The notes beneath the pieces were generated by a model, which made no database searches, had not been told where the DNA came from, and was given only the letters and a program-made list of their open reading frames with translations. Positions 39,139 to 50,120 of a stretch of 64,000 nucleotides of DNA are shown here, piece after piece; the first letter of the stretch is position 1, and each line of letters starts with the position of its first letter. The stretch is taken from NCBI GenBank assembly GCA_963706255.1, contig CAVPMJ010000010.1, positions 1,753-65,752 of the forward strand, read 5' to 3'. The position numbers and the translations under genes were made by a program. Source of the DNA: an uncultured Alphaproteobacteria bacterium. Its GTDB lineage: Bacteria; Pseudomonadota; Alphaproteobacteria; Rhizobiales; Beijerinckiaceae.

Positions 39139-39996
39139 TTAAGGAAGCGTTGCGGGAGACGAGGATCCCGCGGCGTCCGCCCAGGCGATGAAGGGGCCGT
39201 TCCTATAGCCTTGCGCCGCCTTGCCGTAGAGCAGCCGCGCGCCGCTTGGATCGAGCGTCGCGCCGCCGGAAGCGCGCAGCACGGCGTCGCCCGCCGCCGT
39301 GTCCCACTCCATGGTGGGGCCGAAACGCGGATAGACGTCCGCATCGCCGCGCGCCAGCAAACAGAATTTCAGCGACGAGCCGAGCGGCGAACTGCGCGCG
39401 ATGCGCTCGCGCGCGAGAAAGGCCTTCGTCTCGGGGTCGAGATGCGATTTGGAGACGAGCGCGACCATGCCGTCGGCAGGGCGCTTGCGCGCGCGCAGCG
39501 GCCGCCATTCCTGCGCCGCCGGCAGCGCGCCGCCGGGCGCCGCCTGCGCCTCGAAGCCGCGCGCGCCGGCGAACCAGACGCGCCCCTGCGCCGGGGCGTA
39601 GACCGCGCCGACGCGCGGCGCGCCTTTCTCGGCGAGCGCGAGATTAATGGTGAAATCCGGGCTGCGGGCGAGAAATTCGCGCGTGCCGTCGATCGGGTCG
39701 ATCAAGAGAAAGGCGTCGCCGTGATGAAGCGCATCGCCGCGCGCGGCGCTTTCCTCGGCGATGCGCGAAACGCCGGGCAGGGCGTCGTCGAGTTTGCGCA
39801 ACAGAAAATCCTCGACCCGTTCGTCGGCTTCGGTCACCGGCGACGTGTCGCGCTTAAGGCGCGATTCGATTTCGGGTCGCGCCAGCGTCTCCATCGCCAG
39901 CGCGCCCGCCGCGATCACAAGCCTCGCGAAACATTGGGCGAGCGCGTCCGCTTCGGCGTCCGCGCCGAGCGGCTGGCGGGCTTCGTCGGGCGTCAT
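39139..39996 (-). CDS. cysQ: 3'(2'),5'-bisphosphate nucleotidase / inositol monophosphatase family
   Basis: SPVTEADERVE...LLIDPIDGTREF...WDTAAGDAVL. Confidence 0.8.
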   Translation of the reverse strand: MTPDEARQPLGADAEADALAQCFARLVIAAGALAMETLARPEIESRLKRDTSPVTEADERVEDFLLRKLDDALPGVSRIAEESAARGDALHHGDAFLLIDPIDGTREFLARSPDFTINLALAEKGAPRVGAVYAPAQGRVWFAGARGFEAQAAPGGALPAAQEWRPLRARKRPADGMVALVSKSHLDPETKAFLARERIARSSPLGSSLKFCLLARGDADVYPRFGPTMEWDTAAGDAVLRASGGATLDPSGARLLYGKAAQGYRNGPFIAWADAAGSSSPATLP

Positions 39997-40188
39997 CGGC
40001 GGCGGCCTTTCAGAATTTGTTTACGACTAACGGGCGCGTAATTTGCAATCCGTGCGGCGACCGTTAATTTTCCTGTAGCCTGATTGCAGTGATTCGCGCG
40101 CTGCGTCAGCCTGCCTGCGCGCAGTATAGGAAGACTGGACAAAGCTTCCGCAACATTCGCGCCTTCGCCGCGCTATCCGGATGGCACC

Positions 40189-40881
40189 ATGACCCGATTC
40201 TCGCTCGAACCTCTCGATCTCGCGGCCCTTCTGTCCTCGCGCGTCTGCCATGACGTGATCTCGCCCGTCGGCGCCATCGTCAACGGTCTGGAGGTGTTGG
40301 AGGAGGAGAAGGACGCCGAGATGCGCGGCCATGCGCTGGCGCTGATCAAATCCAGCGCCAATGAGGCTTCCTCGCGTCTGCAATTCTGCCGCCTCGCCTT
40401 CGGCGCCGCCGGCTCCAAGGGCGCGTCGATCGACACGGGCGACGCCGAACTGGTGACGCGCCAGCTTCTGGCTGACGAGCGCACGCAGCTCGTCTGGAGC
40501 GTGCCGCGCGTGTTGATGTCGAAGAACAAGGTCAAGCTGCTGCTTAATCTCTGCCTTCTCGCCGACGCGGCGATTCCGCGCGGCGGCGTCATTTCGGTGA
40601 GCTCGTCGGGCGATGAAGAGCGGGTCGCGTTCAAGATCGAGGCGAAGGGCGTCAACGCCCGCATCGCGGCGAATGTTCCGAATCTGCTCGAAGGCGAATC
40701 GGATGAAGGCGCGATCGACGCGCGCGCGATCCAGGCCTATTACGCCGGCCTTGTCGCCAAGGCTTGCGGCCTGCAGGTGACGGTCTCCAGCGAACCCGAG
40801 ATGGTGACGATCGAAGCGACGCCGACCGAAGCCGCCGCGGCGGACGACCCGGACGCTTCCGCAGAGAGCGCCGTCGCCTGA
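40189..40881 (+). CDS. chpT: Histidine phosphotransferase ChpT
   Basis: LLSSRVCHDVISPVGAIVNGLEVLEEE is the ChpT signature. Adjacent to ctrA. Confidence 0.8.
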   Translation: MTRFSLEPLDLAALLSSRVCHDVISPVGAIVNGLEVLEEEKDAEMRGHALALIKSSANEASSRLQFCRLAFGAAGSKGASIDTGDAELVTRQLLADERTQLVWSVPRVLMSKNKVKLLLNLCLLADAAIPRGGVISVSSSGDEERVAFKIEAKGVNARIAANVPNLLEGESDEGAIDARAIQAYYAGLVAKACGLQVTVSSEPEMVTIEATPTEAAAADDPDASAESAVA

Positions 40882-41220
40882 GGCGTCTTTCCAGCTAAAG
40901 CCCGAGCGCGACAGATAAAAATCGGCGCGGCGGGATTTCGTTTATCTTAACCAAGATCGATCATGATCGACTCGTTTCGCCGCGTTAGCGGCGCGAGGCG
41001 CCGACATGGACGAATTGCTCGATGAATCTCTTCTTGAAGCGACGGCGCATGTCGACGCCGCGCCGTCGGAATCGCCGCGCTTTGAGAGGAAACGGGCCGA
41101 TCCGGCGCTGAGCGCCAGAATTTTCAGGCATATCCATACAAGCTTGCCCCGCGTCGGGCGTCTCGCCCACGCGAGCGAAAGGCTCATGAGCCCCATGCGC
41201 GCGGGCGCCGTCGCGACGCC

Positions 41221-41259
41221 CGGCCATGTGTTCCGGCCATGTGTTCCGGCCATGTGTCG
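41221..41259 (+). repeat. 13-bp tandem repeat x3 (CCGGCCATGTGTT)
   Basis: Read directly from sequence. 45 bp upstream of the cheY-like start. Confidence 0.9.
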
Positions 41260-41303
41260 CTGATTCTCTCTCCGCCAGCCCGTTCGAGTAAAGGAGCAAG
41301 CGC

Positions 41304-41669
41304 ATGAAACAGGTTCTCGTTGTCGACAACTCGGCGGTCATCCGCAAGGTCGCGCGCCGGATTCTCGAAGGACTGCATTTCCGCACGACGGAGGCAGGCG
41401 ATGGAAAGACCGCGCTCGCCGAATGCCAAAAGGAGATGCCGGACGCCATTCTCCTCGATTGGAACATGCCGGAGATGGACGGTTTCGAATTCCTCTGCGC
41501 CTTGCGCAAGATGCCGGGCGGCGCGGCCCCGAAGGTCGTCTTCTGCACGACGGAGAATGAAGTCGGCCATATCGCGCGGGCGATGCACGCCGGCGCCGAC
41601 GAATACATCATGAAGCCCTTCGACCAGAATATCGTGCGCTCGAAATTCGAGGAAATCGGTCTGGTGTAA
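41304..41669 (+). CDS. Single-domain CheY-like response regulator
   Basis: VLVVDNS...ILLDWNMPEMDG...KPF receiver motifs. Confidence 0.85.
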   Translation: MKQVLVVDNSAVIRKVARRILEGLHFRTTEAGDGKTALAECQKEMPDAILLDWNMPEMDGFEFLCALRKMPGGAAPKVVFCTTENEVGHIARAMHAGADEYIMKPFDQNIVRSKFEEIGLV

Positions 41670-41809
41670 GTGTCGCGTCGCGCGCCCTCGCAGCGAGCGT
41701 AGGCGCTTGGAAAAGGCGTTGGTGCATGAGTCGGTCGTCATACTGCGTTGCGACGAGGTCGCGGGTTCGTTGGAGCGTCCTGCCATTCAGCAAGACGGAG
41801 GGCGCGCGC

Positions 41810-42643
41810 ATGAGCCTCGGCTTCGCGCGTTTTCGGCGGCAGTTGTCGGCCATTACCGGCATCGCGCTCGACGCCGACAAAGAATTTCTCGTGGAACGCC
41901 GTCTCGCCCCGGTGATGCGCGCGCACGGGCTGAAGGATTTGAAAGACCTCGCGGAAGCGATGGAGCGTCGCGAAAATTTCGCGCTGATGAGAGAGGCGAT
42001 AGACGCCATGACCGCCAATGAGACTCTGTTCTTCCGCGATCGCACGCCTTTCGAGGCGCTGCGCGAGCGCATCCTGCCGGATCTGATGGCCGCCAACGCC
42101 CTGTCGCGCCGCCTGCGCTTCTGGTGCGCCGCCTGCTCGACCGGCCAGGAAGCCTATTCGCTGGCGATGACGCTGGATCAGGAAGCGCGCGCGCTGCGCG
42201 GCTGGACGATCGAGATTCTCGCGACCGACCTCTCGGCGACGGCGATCGAGACGGCGCGCGAGGGCAGATACAGCCAGTTCGAGGTCCAGCGCGGACTCTC
42301 GACCAGCCAGTTGCTGCGCTATTTCCATCGTGAGGACGAGAGCTGGCGGATCAACGAACATCTGCGCGCGCCCATCGTCTTCCGCGACTTCAACCTGCTT
42401 GATAATTTCGGCGGGCTCGGCAAGTTCGACGCGATCCTCTGCCGCAACGCGCTCATGTATTTCGAGCCCGCGGCGAAACGGGACGTTCTCGCGCGGCTCG
42501 ACACGGCGCTCAACGACGGCGGCTATCTGCTGCTGGGCGCCGCCGAGTGCGCGGGCGAAGCCGGCGCTCTATTCGCGCAGGCCTCGGCCGATGGTATCTG
42601 GCGCACGCATCGGCGCGCGCCGCCGCAATTGCGCTTCGCTTAG
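41810..42643 (+). CDS. cheR: CheR-type protein-glutamate O-methyltransferase
   Basis: TANETLFFRD...FWCAACSTGQEAYSLAM...ILCRNALMYF. Confidence 0.85.
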   Translation: MSLGFARFRRQLSAITGIALDADKEFLVERRLAPVMRAHGLKDLKDLAEAMERRENFALMREAIDAMTANETLFFRDRTPFEALRERILPDLMAANALSRRLRFWCAACSTGQEAYSLAMTLDQEARALRGWTIEILATDLSATAIETAREGRYSQFEVQRGLSTSQLLRYFHREDESWRINEHLRAPIVFRDFNLLDNFGGLGKFDAILCRNALMYFEPAAKRDVLARLDTALNDGGYLLLGAAECAGEAGALFAQASADGIWRTHRRAPPQLRFA

Positions 42644-42677
42644 GGCAGGCGCGCGCGTCGTCAGAGAGCTCAATAAG

Positions 42678-42713
42678 AAACGCCCTGCCGGAACCGGCAG
42701 GGCGTTTTCTTTT
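42678..42713. terminator. Bidirectional rho-independent terminator between cheR and ctrA
   Basis: CGCCCTGCCGG-aa-CCGGCAGGGCG flanked by an A-run and a T-run. Confidence 0.8.
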
Positions 42714-42735
42714 GGCCCAAGCAGACGGCGCGGCC

Positions 42736-43437
42736 TTACGCCGTGATGCGCTCGTCGGCTTCGTTGGGTTCGCGCAGCACATAGCCGCGGCCCCAGACGG
42801 TTTCGATGTAGTTGCGGCCTTCGCTGGCGTTGGCGAGCTTCTTGCGCAATTTGCAAATGAAAACGTCGATGATCTTGAGTTCCGGCTCGTCCATGCCGCC
42901 ATAGAGATGGTTGAGGAACATCTCCTTCGTCAGCGTCGTGCCCTTGCGCAGAGAGAGCAGTTCGAGCATCTGATATTCCTTGCCGGTCAGATGCACGCGG
43001 GCGCCGCCGACCTCGACCGTCTTCTGGTCGAGATTGACGACGAGGTCGCCGGTGGTGATCACCGATTGCGCGTGGCCCTTGGAGCGGCGCACGATCGCGT
43101 GGATGCGGGCGACGAGTTCGTCCTTATGAAAGGGCTTCGTCAGATAGTCGTCGGCGCCAAAGCCCAGGCCCTTCACCTTATCCTCGATGCCGGCGAGGCC
43201 GGAGAGAATCAGGATCGGCGTCTTGACCTTGGCGACGCGCAGCGTGCGCAGCACCTCATAGCCCGACATGTCCGGCAGATTGAGATCGAGCAGAATGATG
43301 TCGTAGTCATAAAGCTTGCCGAGATCGATGCCTTCCTCGCCGAGATCCGTCGTATAGACGTTGAAATTCTCGGATTTGAGCATGAGCTCGATGCTCTGAG
43401 CCGTTGCGCTGTCGTCTTCGATCAATAAAACGCGCAT
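42736..43437 (-). CDS. ctrA: Cell-cycle response regulator CtrA
   Basis: [36 protein letters not shown]...[13 protein letters not shown]. Confidence 0.95.
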   Translation of the reverse strand: MRVLLIEDDSATAQSIELMLKSENFNVYTTDLGEEGIDLGKLYDYDIILLDLNLPDMSGYEVLRTLRVAKVKTPILILSGLAGIEDKVKGLGFGADDYLTKPFHKDELVARIHAIVRRSKGHAQSVITTGDLVVNLDQKTVEVGGARVHLTGKEYQMLELLSLRKGTTLTKEMFLNHLYGGMDEPELKIIDVFICKLRKKLANASEGRNYIETVWGRGYVLREPNEADERITA

Positions 43438-43798
43438 GTTGGTTCCCCACCGAGCTCCATCGTCCGCGACCGGTTAGCGCAAATGGCGCGCGCCAGCGGC
43501 GGGCTAGCCCTCTAGCCCATCGAACTCTCGCCGACCTTCACGGAAGGTAAGCGGAATTGGTTAATAAACCTTCACTTACACCCGGTACGCGGCCCTAAGT
43601 CTTAATCTCGGGCGCCAATGCGGGGCGGACGCTTCACGCAACGTCTGGAAGGATACGGGACAGGCGACGCGAATCACGCGGCGTCTCCAATCTATACGCC
43701 GTCGCGACTCCACGGCGCAAAGACAAAAATTAAGGGCGAGCGCCGGGGCCGGATCGGCGACGCCGGATGGCGCCGCCGACGGCGGGGCGCGTAACGAT

Positions 43799-44962
43799 CT
43801 AGTCCTCGGCGCGGCGCCATTTAGGCATCAAGATGATGCAATTGGGATTGAGCCCCGCCTTCTGAAGCACGTCGATCTTGGCGACGAGCTTATCGCTCGC
43901 AAGATCGACGACGCTCACCGAGCCGTCGCTCATGTCGGGGAGGTTGAGCAGACTGTTCTGCACGAAGGCGTATCGCCGGTCTGGCGAGAACACGAAATGA
44001 TGCGCGCCGGCCGCCGTCGGCGTGCTGGCGAGGAGCTTCGGCTTTCGAGGATCGGCGATGTCGAAGACATTGAGCGCGCCGGGCTTCGCCGTCGTGACAT
44101 AGAGTCGATCGCCCGTTTCGCTGAATTCCATTTCGAGCGGAACGCCCTGTCCAATTGGCGCGAAGTCGTAGACTTGTTGCAGGTCGACGCCTCTATCCGC
44201 CCGCCAGGTCGCCGCCCAGAGCGTTCCGCCGAGCATATTGGTGATGTAGGCGGTCTGCGGCTCGCGATTGGGAATGAAGGCGGTCTCGACCGGCGCTTCG
44301 GCTGCAGGCGAGGGCTTGTTCGACACTTTGTGCGTTGCGCGCAGCGTTCCGGTGGAGGCTTCGATCAACGCAATGGTGTCGCCGGCCTGTTTGAAGTCGC
44401 TCGGATCGACGGTGCTCGTCGCGATTAAAAGATCGAGCTTTTCGTTCAGCGTCAGACCGTGCGGATGTTTGATGAAGGGCTTCGCCTCCGCCGCGCCAGA
44501 TTCGGGCGCGGCGATCACCTTCAGCGTTTTATCGCTTTGCGCGTCGCCCATGATGACGTTGCTCGACCCCATGCAGCTCAGGAACCAGCGCTTGCGATCG
44601 TTCGAAAAAACCATGTCCTCGCCGACCTTGCAGTCGGGGACGGGAACGATCGCGACGCCTTCGGGAAAGGTCGAAAGATCGTAGACGCCGAGGGCGCTGC
44701 GGCCGAGCGAGGTGACATAGGCCTTGGTCTGGCCCTTGTTGAAATAGATGTGATGCGCGACGAAGTCGGGCGGCAGCGGCGCGTCCTTCACGATCGTGTT
44801 GAAGGTCTTCGACGCGGGATCAATGTCGACGATGGCGATCCCTTCGCGGCGCGGTTCTATCCCGGCTTTGGTCTCGTAATTCATCGCTGCGAGAATTTCG
44901 GCGCCGGCGGGCTCCGCGCAGCACAGGCCGGCGAGGATGAGCGGTGCGAGATATTTCCTCAT
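43799..44962 (-). CDS. Periplasmic beta-propeller protein (YncE/YVTN-like)
   Basis: Signal peptide. Repeated strand patterns such as AYVTS, LYVTTAKPGALNVFD and SVSVVDL. Confidence 0.5.
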   Translation of the reverse strand: MRKYLAPLILAGLCCAEPAGAEILAAMNYETKAGIEPRREGIAIVDIDPASKTFNTIVKDAPLPPDFVAHHIYFNKGQTKAYVTSLGRSALGVYDLSTFPEGVAIVPVPDCKVGEDMVFSNDRKRWFLSCMGSSNVIMGDAQSDKTLKVIAAPESGAAEAKPFIKHPHGLTLNEKLDLLIATSTVDPSDFKQAGDTIALIEASTGTLRATHKVSNKPSPAAEAPVETAFIPNREPQTAYITNMLGGTLWAATWRADRGVDLQQVYDFAPIGQGVPLEMEFSETGDRLYVTTAKPGALNVFDIADPRKPKLLASTPTAAGAHHFVFSPDRRYAFVQNSLLNLPDMSDGSVSVVDLASDKLVAKIDVLQKAGLNPNCIILMPKWRRAED

Positions 44963-45045
44963 TTTGCGATGCTCCCTTAGTTTTATTATTAGACCAGTCG
45001 TCTACAACTTGGCCGCATGAAGGGCGGCTCTTGCTCTTAGTTGTT

Positions 45046-45642
45046 CTAAGCGCGGCAGTAGCCGAGCAGCATGTCGTCCACGAAGGCGCGAAGCGGCGCG
45101 GCGGCGCGCTCCACCTTCATGCGCAGCATCGCTCCCTGCCAGCCATTGACCAGCATGTCCGCTAGAGCGCGCGCGTCGCGGTCCTGGCGCACGGCGCCTT
45201 CGGCTTGCGCGCGGGCGAGACCCTTGGCGAGGAGGTCGCGATAGCGGTCGACGGCTTTTTTGAGCGCCTCGCGCGCGGGCGCGCTGCTGTCGCCGATCTC
45301 GCCCATGAGATTGCCGAGCAGGCACCCGCCGGCGAAATCATTGGCCTCCAACTCGCTGATCGATTCGCGGAAATAATTGGAGAGCGCTTCAAGGCCGCCT
45401 TGGCCCGGCGCAGCGAGATGTTCGCCAAGGCGTTGGACGAAAGGCGCGATGTAATGCTCGATCGCCTGCGCGCCGAATTCCTCCTTGCTGGGGAAATAAT
45501 AATAGAAGGAGCCCTTCGGCACTTTCGCCGCGGCGAGCACGTCGGCGAGGCCAGTGCCGTGATAGCCGTTTTGCAGCATCAGCGCGACGCCATGGTCGAG
45601 CAGGCGTTTCTTCGTCGCGTCGGTCGCGTTGCGGTCGGACAT
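45046..45642 (-). CDS. TetR/AcrR-family transcriptional regulator
   Basis: N-terminal HTH YHGTGLADVLAAAKVPKGSFYYYFPSKEEF. Confidence 0.85.
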   Translation of the reverse strand: MSDRNATDATKKRLLDHGVALMLQNGYHGTGLADVLAAAKVPKGSFYYYFPSKEEFGAQAIEHYIAPFVQRLGEHLAAPGQGGLEALSNYFRESISELEANDFAGGCLLGNLMGEIGDSSAPAREALKKAVDRYRDLLAKGLARAQAEGAVRQDRDARALADMLVNGWQGAMLRMKVERAAAPLRAFVDDMLLGYCRA

Positions 45643-46007
45643 GGCGACTACTATGCGACCGGTCGTCTAGTATGTCAAACTGCGCTCTGGGCGCCATTGG
45701 AAAATTGGCGAAATCCGGCGTCGAATCGGCGCGAAACGCCGGCCGCGCGTCATTGACTTGAATCGGCGCTTACTCCTATATGCGCTCACTCGGCGTCGCC
45801 CCAAAAGGGCGACGAACGCTTTTATTCGCCCTGGCGCTGGTCGGGGAGGCGGAGCGGCCGGCACTTTTATAAATGCGCGGCGCGGCCCGAGGCCGCGTCG
45901 GCGCGGGAAATAAACGATGAAGCGCGGCGCGGCCTGGGGCGGCGTCGGCGCGGGAACAAGAAAGGCCGGACGGCGTCGCCGCCAGCCTTGCCGAGCGGAG
46001 AACAACG

Positions 46008-46142
46008 GTGAAACGGACCTTTCAGCCCAGCAAGATCGTGCGCAAGCGGCGCCACGGCTTTCGCGCCCGCATGGCCACGGTCGGCGGCCGCAACGTCATC
46101 GCCGCGCGGCGCGCGCGCGGGCGCAAGCGCCTCTCGGCTTAA
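46008..46142 (+). CDS. rpmH: 50S ribosomal protein L34
   Basis: Not in the ORF track. GTG start gives [44 protein letters not shown]. Confidence 0.95.
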   Translation: MKRTFQPSKIVRKRRHGFRARMATVGGRNVIAARRARGRKRLSA

Positions 46143-46177
46143 GCCGCGCGCAAGCGGATGAAGAGGCGGATGGCTGC

Positions 46178-46597
46178 ATGATGGCGCAAGTCCCCGCCGC
46201 GGATGAGCCAGCGACGCATCCGGCGACCTTGCGTCGGCGCGGCGATTTCATGCGCGTCTCGCGCGGCGGCGCGCGCATCGCCATGCCGGCCTTCACGCTG
46301 CAGATGGCGCCGCGCGAGGATAGCGGCGCGGAGACGCCGGCCCGCTTCGGCCTCACCGTCACCAGGAAGGTCGCAGGCGCCGTCGGCCGCAACCGCATTC
46401 GCCGCCGGCTGAGGGAGGCCTTGCGTCTCGGCGGCGCCCTTGGCGCGAAGCCGGGTCGCGATTACGTCTTTGTCGCCCGGCGCCCGGCGCTCGCCGTCAC
46501 TTTCGCCGATCTACTCGCGCAAATGACCGAAGGGCTCGCCAGATTGAACGATCGCGGCGCGGCGACTTCTCGGCGCAAACAGAAAGACAGGCCTTAG
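46178..46597 (+). CDS. rnpA: Ribonuclease P protein component
   Basis: Position between rpmH and yid[26 protein letters not shown]. Confidence 0.85.
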   Translation: MMAQVPAADEPATHPATLRRRGDFMRVSRGGARIAMPAFTLQMAPREDSGAETPARFGLTVTRKVAGAVGRNRIRRRLREALRLGGALGAKPGRDYVFVARRPALAVTFADLLAQMTEGLARLNDRGAATSRRKQKDRP

Positions 46598-46602
46598 GAG
46601 CC

Positions 46603-48384
46603 ATGAAAGAGAACACCAAAAATATGCTCCTCGCCGCGGCGCTGTCGATGATTTTCATCGGCCTGTGGGATTATTTCTACGCCTTCCCGGAGATGGACAA
46701 GCAGCGCAAGGCGCAGTCCGAGCAGGCGCGGATGGCGAAGATACCCAAGCTCGGCGCGCCCGAGAAGACGACGGCCGCCGCGCCGGCCAAGACCGCGCCG
46801 AAGACGCGCGAGGCGGCGCTGGCGATGAGCCCCCGCATCGCCATCGACACGAAATCGCTTTCGGGCACGATCGCGCTCAAGGGCGCGCGCATCGACGACG
46901 TCTCGCTGAAAAATTATCACGAGACCGTCGATCCCTCGAGCCCGATCATCACGCTGCTCTCGCCCGAAGACGGCCCGAGCCCCTATTACGCCGAACTGGG
47001 CTATCTCACCGCGGAAACGGAGAACGCTCCCGCTCTGCCGACGACCGAGACTTTGTGGACGGCGGACTCCGACAAATTGACCGTGACAAAGCCGGTGACG
47101 CTCTCGTGGGACAATGGCCAGGGCCTCGTCTTCAAGCGCGTCATTTCGGTCGACGACGAATATCTTTTCACGGTCAAGGACAGCGTCGAGAACAAGGCGG
47201 GCAAGCCCGTCACGCTACATTCCTATTCGCGCGTCACCCGCGTCGGCCACCCGCCATCGGCGGGCTATGCGGCGCTGCATGAAGGCTTCATCGGCGTCGT
47301 CGGCGACACGGGCGAAGAGCTCACTTACGACAAGATCGAAAAGGAGCCGAACGCCACCAAAACCTTCAAGGGCGTCGGCGGCTGGGTCGGCTTCACCGAC
47401 AAATATTGGGGCGCCGTCGTCGCGCCCGACCAGAACGCCGCGATGGAGGCGCGCTACGCCTCCATGGGCGGCGGCGCGTTGAAGACCTATCAGGCCGACA
47501 CGGTGAGCGAGGCGAAGACGGTCGAGCCCGAGAAATCGACCGAGGCGACGACTTACGTCTTCGCCGGCGCCAAGGAAGTCGACACGCTCGACGCCTATAA
47601 GGCGAACCCGGGCCTCAAGCGCTTCGATCTTCTGATCGACTGGGGATGGTTCTACTTCATCACCCGGCCGATGTTCCGCCTCATCGACTTCCTTTACAAG
47701 CTTCTCGGCAATTTCGGCCTCGCCATTCTGTTGGTGACGGTGATCGTCAAGCTCGCCTTCCTGCCGCTCGCCAACAAGAGCTATCAGTCGATCGCCAAGA
47801 TGAAGGAAATTCAGCCCAAGATCAAAGAGCTGAAGGAGAAATACGGCGACGATAAGCAGAAATTCAACTTGGAGCAGATGGAGCTTTACAAGCGGGAGAA
47901 GATCAATCCCGCCAGCGGCTGCGTGCCCGTGATCGTGCAGATTCCGGTGTTCTTCTCGCTCTATAAGGTGCTCGTCGTCACGATCGAAATGCGGCACGCG
48001 CCCTTCTTCGGCTGGATCAAGGATCTGTCGGCGCCCGACCCGACCAATGTCTTCAATCTCTTCGGCCTTCTACCCTTCGATCCGACGCATGTCGCGATCT
48101 TCGGCCCCTATCTCGCGCTCGGCGTCTGGCCGCTGCTGATGGGCATGTCGATGTGGCTGCAGATGAAGATGAATCCTGAGCCCACCGACGAAATCCAGAA
48201 GACGATGTTCGCCTGGATGCCGGTGATCTTCACCTTCACCATGGGCGGCTTCGCCTCGGGCCTGCTCATCTATTGGACATGGAACAATCTGCTTTCCATC
48301 GTCCAGCAAGGCGTGATCATGAAGCGCGCCGGCGTGAAGTTCGAATTTTGGGACAATCTGCGCAAAACGTTCCAACGAGCATAG
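46603..48384 (+). CDS. yidC: Membrane protein insertase YidC
   Basis: 593 aa. Conserved C-terminal TM core ...[23 protein letters not shown]... Confidence 0.95.
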   Translation: MKENTKNMLLAAALSMIFIGLWDYFYAFPEMDKQRKAQSEQARMAKIPKLGAPEKTTAAAPAKTAPKTREAALAMSPRIAIDTKSLSGTIALKGARIDDVSLKNYHETVDPSSPIITLLSPEDGPSPYYAELGYLTAETENAPALPTTETLWTADSDKLTVTKPVTLSWDNGQGLVFKRVISVDDEYLFTVKDSVENKAGKPVTLHSYSRVTRVGHPPSAGYAALHEGFIGVVGDTGEELTYDKIEKEPNATKTFKGVGGWVGFTDKYWGAVVAPDQNAAMEARYASMGGGALKTYQADTVSEAKTVEPEKSTEATTYVFAGAKEVDTLDAYKANPGLKRFDLLIDWGWFYFITRPMFRLIDFLYKLLGNFGLAILLVTVIVKLAFLPLANKSYQSIAKMKEIQPKIKELKEKYGDDKQKFNLEQMELYKREKINPASGCVPVIVQIPVFFSLYKVLVVTIEMRHAPFFGWIKDLSAPDPTNVFNLFGLLPFDPTHVAIFGPYLALGVWPLLMGMSMWLQMKMNPEPTDEIQKTMFAWMPVIFTFTMGGFASGLLIYWTWNNLLSIVQQGVIMKRAGVKFEFWDNLRKTFQRA

Positions 48385-48440
48385 ATGATGGCGGTCGGCG
48401 AACTGCTCGACTTCCGACCGCCCGCTGCCGACCGCCGATC

Positions 48441-49105
48441 ATGACCGCCATAGCCGAGCCCGATTTTCCCGAGCAGGGCCGCGTCCTTTTCGCCGGCCCG
48501 TGCGATTTCATTTTCGCCAGCGCCAAGGCGGGCGACCTGCCGCCGGTCGGACCGCCGGAGATCGCCTTCGCCGGGCGCTCCAATGTCGGCAAATCCTCGC
48601 TGCTCAACGCGCTGACCAACCGCAAGACCTTAGCGCGCGTCTCGCACACGCCGGGCCGCACGCAGCAGCTCAATTTCTTCGCGCTCGGGGGAGCGCCAGG
48701 GGCGGAGCGCCTGCGCCTCGTCGATATGCCGGGCTATGGCTACGCCGCCGTCGGCAAGGAGAAGGTCGCAAGCTGGTCGGCGCTGATGCGCGACTATCTC
48801 AAGCGGCCGCGCGAGTCTGGCGCGCGTCTTCGTGCTCGTCGACGGGCGGCGCGGCGTGAAGCCCATGGACGAGGAAATGTTCGATCTTCTCGACCAGTCG
48901 GCCGTCTCCTATCAGGTCGTTCTCACCAAGCATGACGAACTCAAAGTCGCCGAGCGCGCGCAAGCGCTCGCCGCGATGGCCGATGCGCTCGCCAAACGCC
49001 CGGCCGCTTTTCCCGAGGTCGATTTTCACATCCGCCCATAGCGGCGAAGGGATCGGCGCGCTGCGCGGCGCGGTGGCGCGGCTTCTTTCCGAACGAAACG
49101 CTTGA
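48441..49105 (+). CDS. engB: Ribosome-biogenesis GTPase EngB/YihA, frame interrupted twice (about 48804 and 49021)
   Basis: [15 protein letters not shown] (G1) and DMPGYGY (G3) lie in frame 0. [23 protein letters not shown]...LTKHDEL lies in frame +1. [27 protein letters not shown] lies in frame +2. Length is 3n+2. Confidence 0.85.
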
Positions 49106-49244
49106 AAGCGACAGGCGCGGCGGGCTAGGTGGGGCGCGTCAACCCTCTCCACGCAAACGGGGTGTTCCCCGTTTGCGAGAAAAATGCCGAAGTCGGCAAC
49201 AGCCGACTTCGGAGGGAGAGGGTAGCGCGCCCCGCGAGATTTCC

Positions 49245-50111
49245 ATGACCGATCCCGTCGACACCGCGCTCCAGCAAGCCCGCATCCTGATGCAGGCGCT
49301 GCCGCATATGCTGCGCTATGACGAGGCCATCGTCGTCGTGAAATATGGCGGGCACGCCATGGGCGACGACAAGGTCGCGCGCGATTTCTCCCGCGACATG
49401 GTGCTGCTCGAACAATCCGGCGTGAACCCTGTCGTGGTGCATGGCGGCGGGCCGCAGATCGGCTCGATGCTGCAGCGGCTCGGCATAAAGTCGCGCTTTG
49501 CGGATGGGCTGCGCGTCACCGACGAAGAGACGATGGACGTCGTCGAGATGGTGCTCGCCGGCTCCATCAACAAGCAGATCGTCGGCTTCATCAATTCGGA
49601 AGGCGGTCGCGCCATCGGCCTCACCGGCAAGGATGGGCGCATGGTCACCGCCAAGAAGATCGAGCGGCCGGACGGCGTCGATCTCGGCTTCGCCGGCGAA
49701 CCCGACAAGGTCGACACCACGGTGCTTGACCAGGTGCTCGGTCGCGAGCTCATCCCCGTGCTCGCGCCCGTCGCGCAGGGCCCCGACGGCGCGAGCTACA
49801 ATGTCAACGCCGACACATTCGCCGGCGCCATCGCCGGCGCGCTCCACGCCAAGCGGCTCATTTTCCTGACCGACGTGCCGGGCGTGCTCGACAAGGACAA
49901 GAAGATCATCGAGGAGCTGAAGGTCGGCGACATTCCCGGCCTCATCGCCGACGGCGTGATCACCGGCGGCATGATCCCCAAGGTCGAGACCTGCATGTAC
50001 GCCATCGAGCGCGGCGTCGAAGGCGTCGTCATCCTCGACGGCAAGCTGCCGCACGCCGTGCTGATCGAGCTTTTGACCGATCACGGCGCCGGCACGCTGA
50101 TTACGAGGTGA
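49245..50111 (+). CDS. argB: Acetylglutamate kinase
   Basis: [10 protein letters not shown]...[10 protein letters not shown]...[12 protein letters not shown]. Confidence 0.95.
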   Translation: MTDPVDTALQQARILMQALPHMLRYDEAIVVVKYGGHAMGDDKVARDFSRDMVLLEQSGVNPVVVHGGGPQIGSMLQRLGIKSRFADGLRVTDEETMDVVEMVLAGSINKQIVGFINSEGGRAIGLTGKDGRMVTAKKIERPDGVDLGFAGEPDKVDTTVLDQVLGRELIPVLAPVAQGPDGASYNVNADTFAGAIAGALHAKRLIFLTDVPGVLDKDKKIIEELKVGDIPGLIADGVITGGMIPKVETCMYAIERGVEGVVILDGKLPHAVLIELLTDHGAGTLITR

Positions 50112-50120
50112 CGGAACGGG

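Noticed and set aside
41006-41263. 85-aa ORF between chpT and the cheY-like gene
   Set aside because: No motif or RBS, and its 3' end is made of the 13-bp tandem repeat. More likely non-coding regulatory DNA.
43438-43798. CtrA boxes (TTAA-N7-TTAA) in the ctrA upstream region
   Set aside because: Only half-sites such as TTAATAAACCTTCAC (TTAA-N7-TCAC) and TTAACCAATTCC were found by eye. No full consensus match, and it needs a PWM scan.
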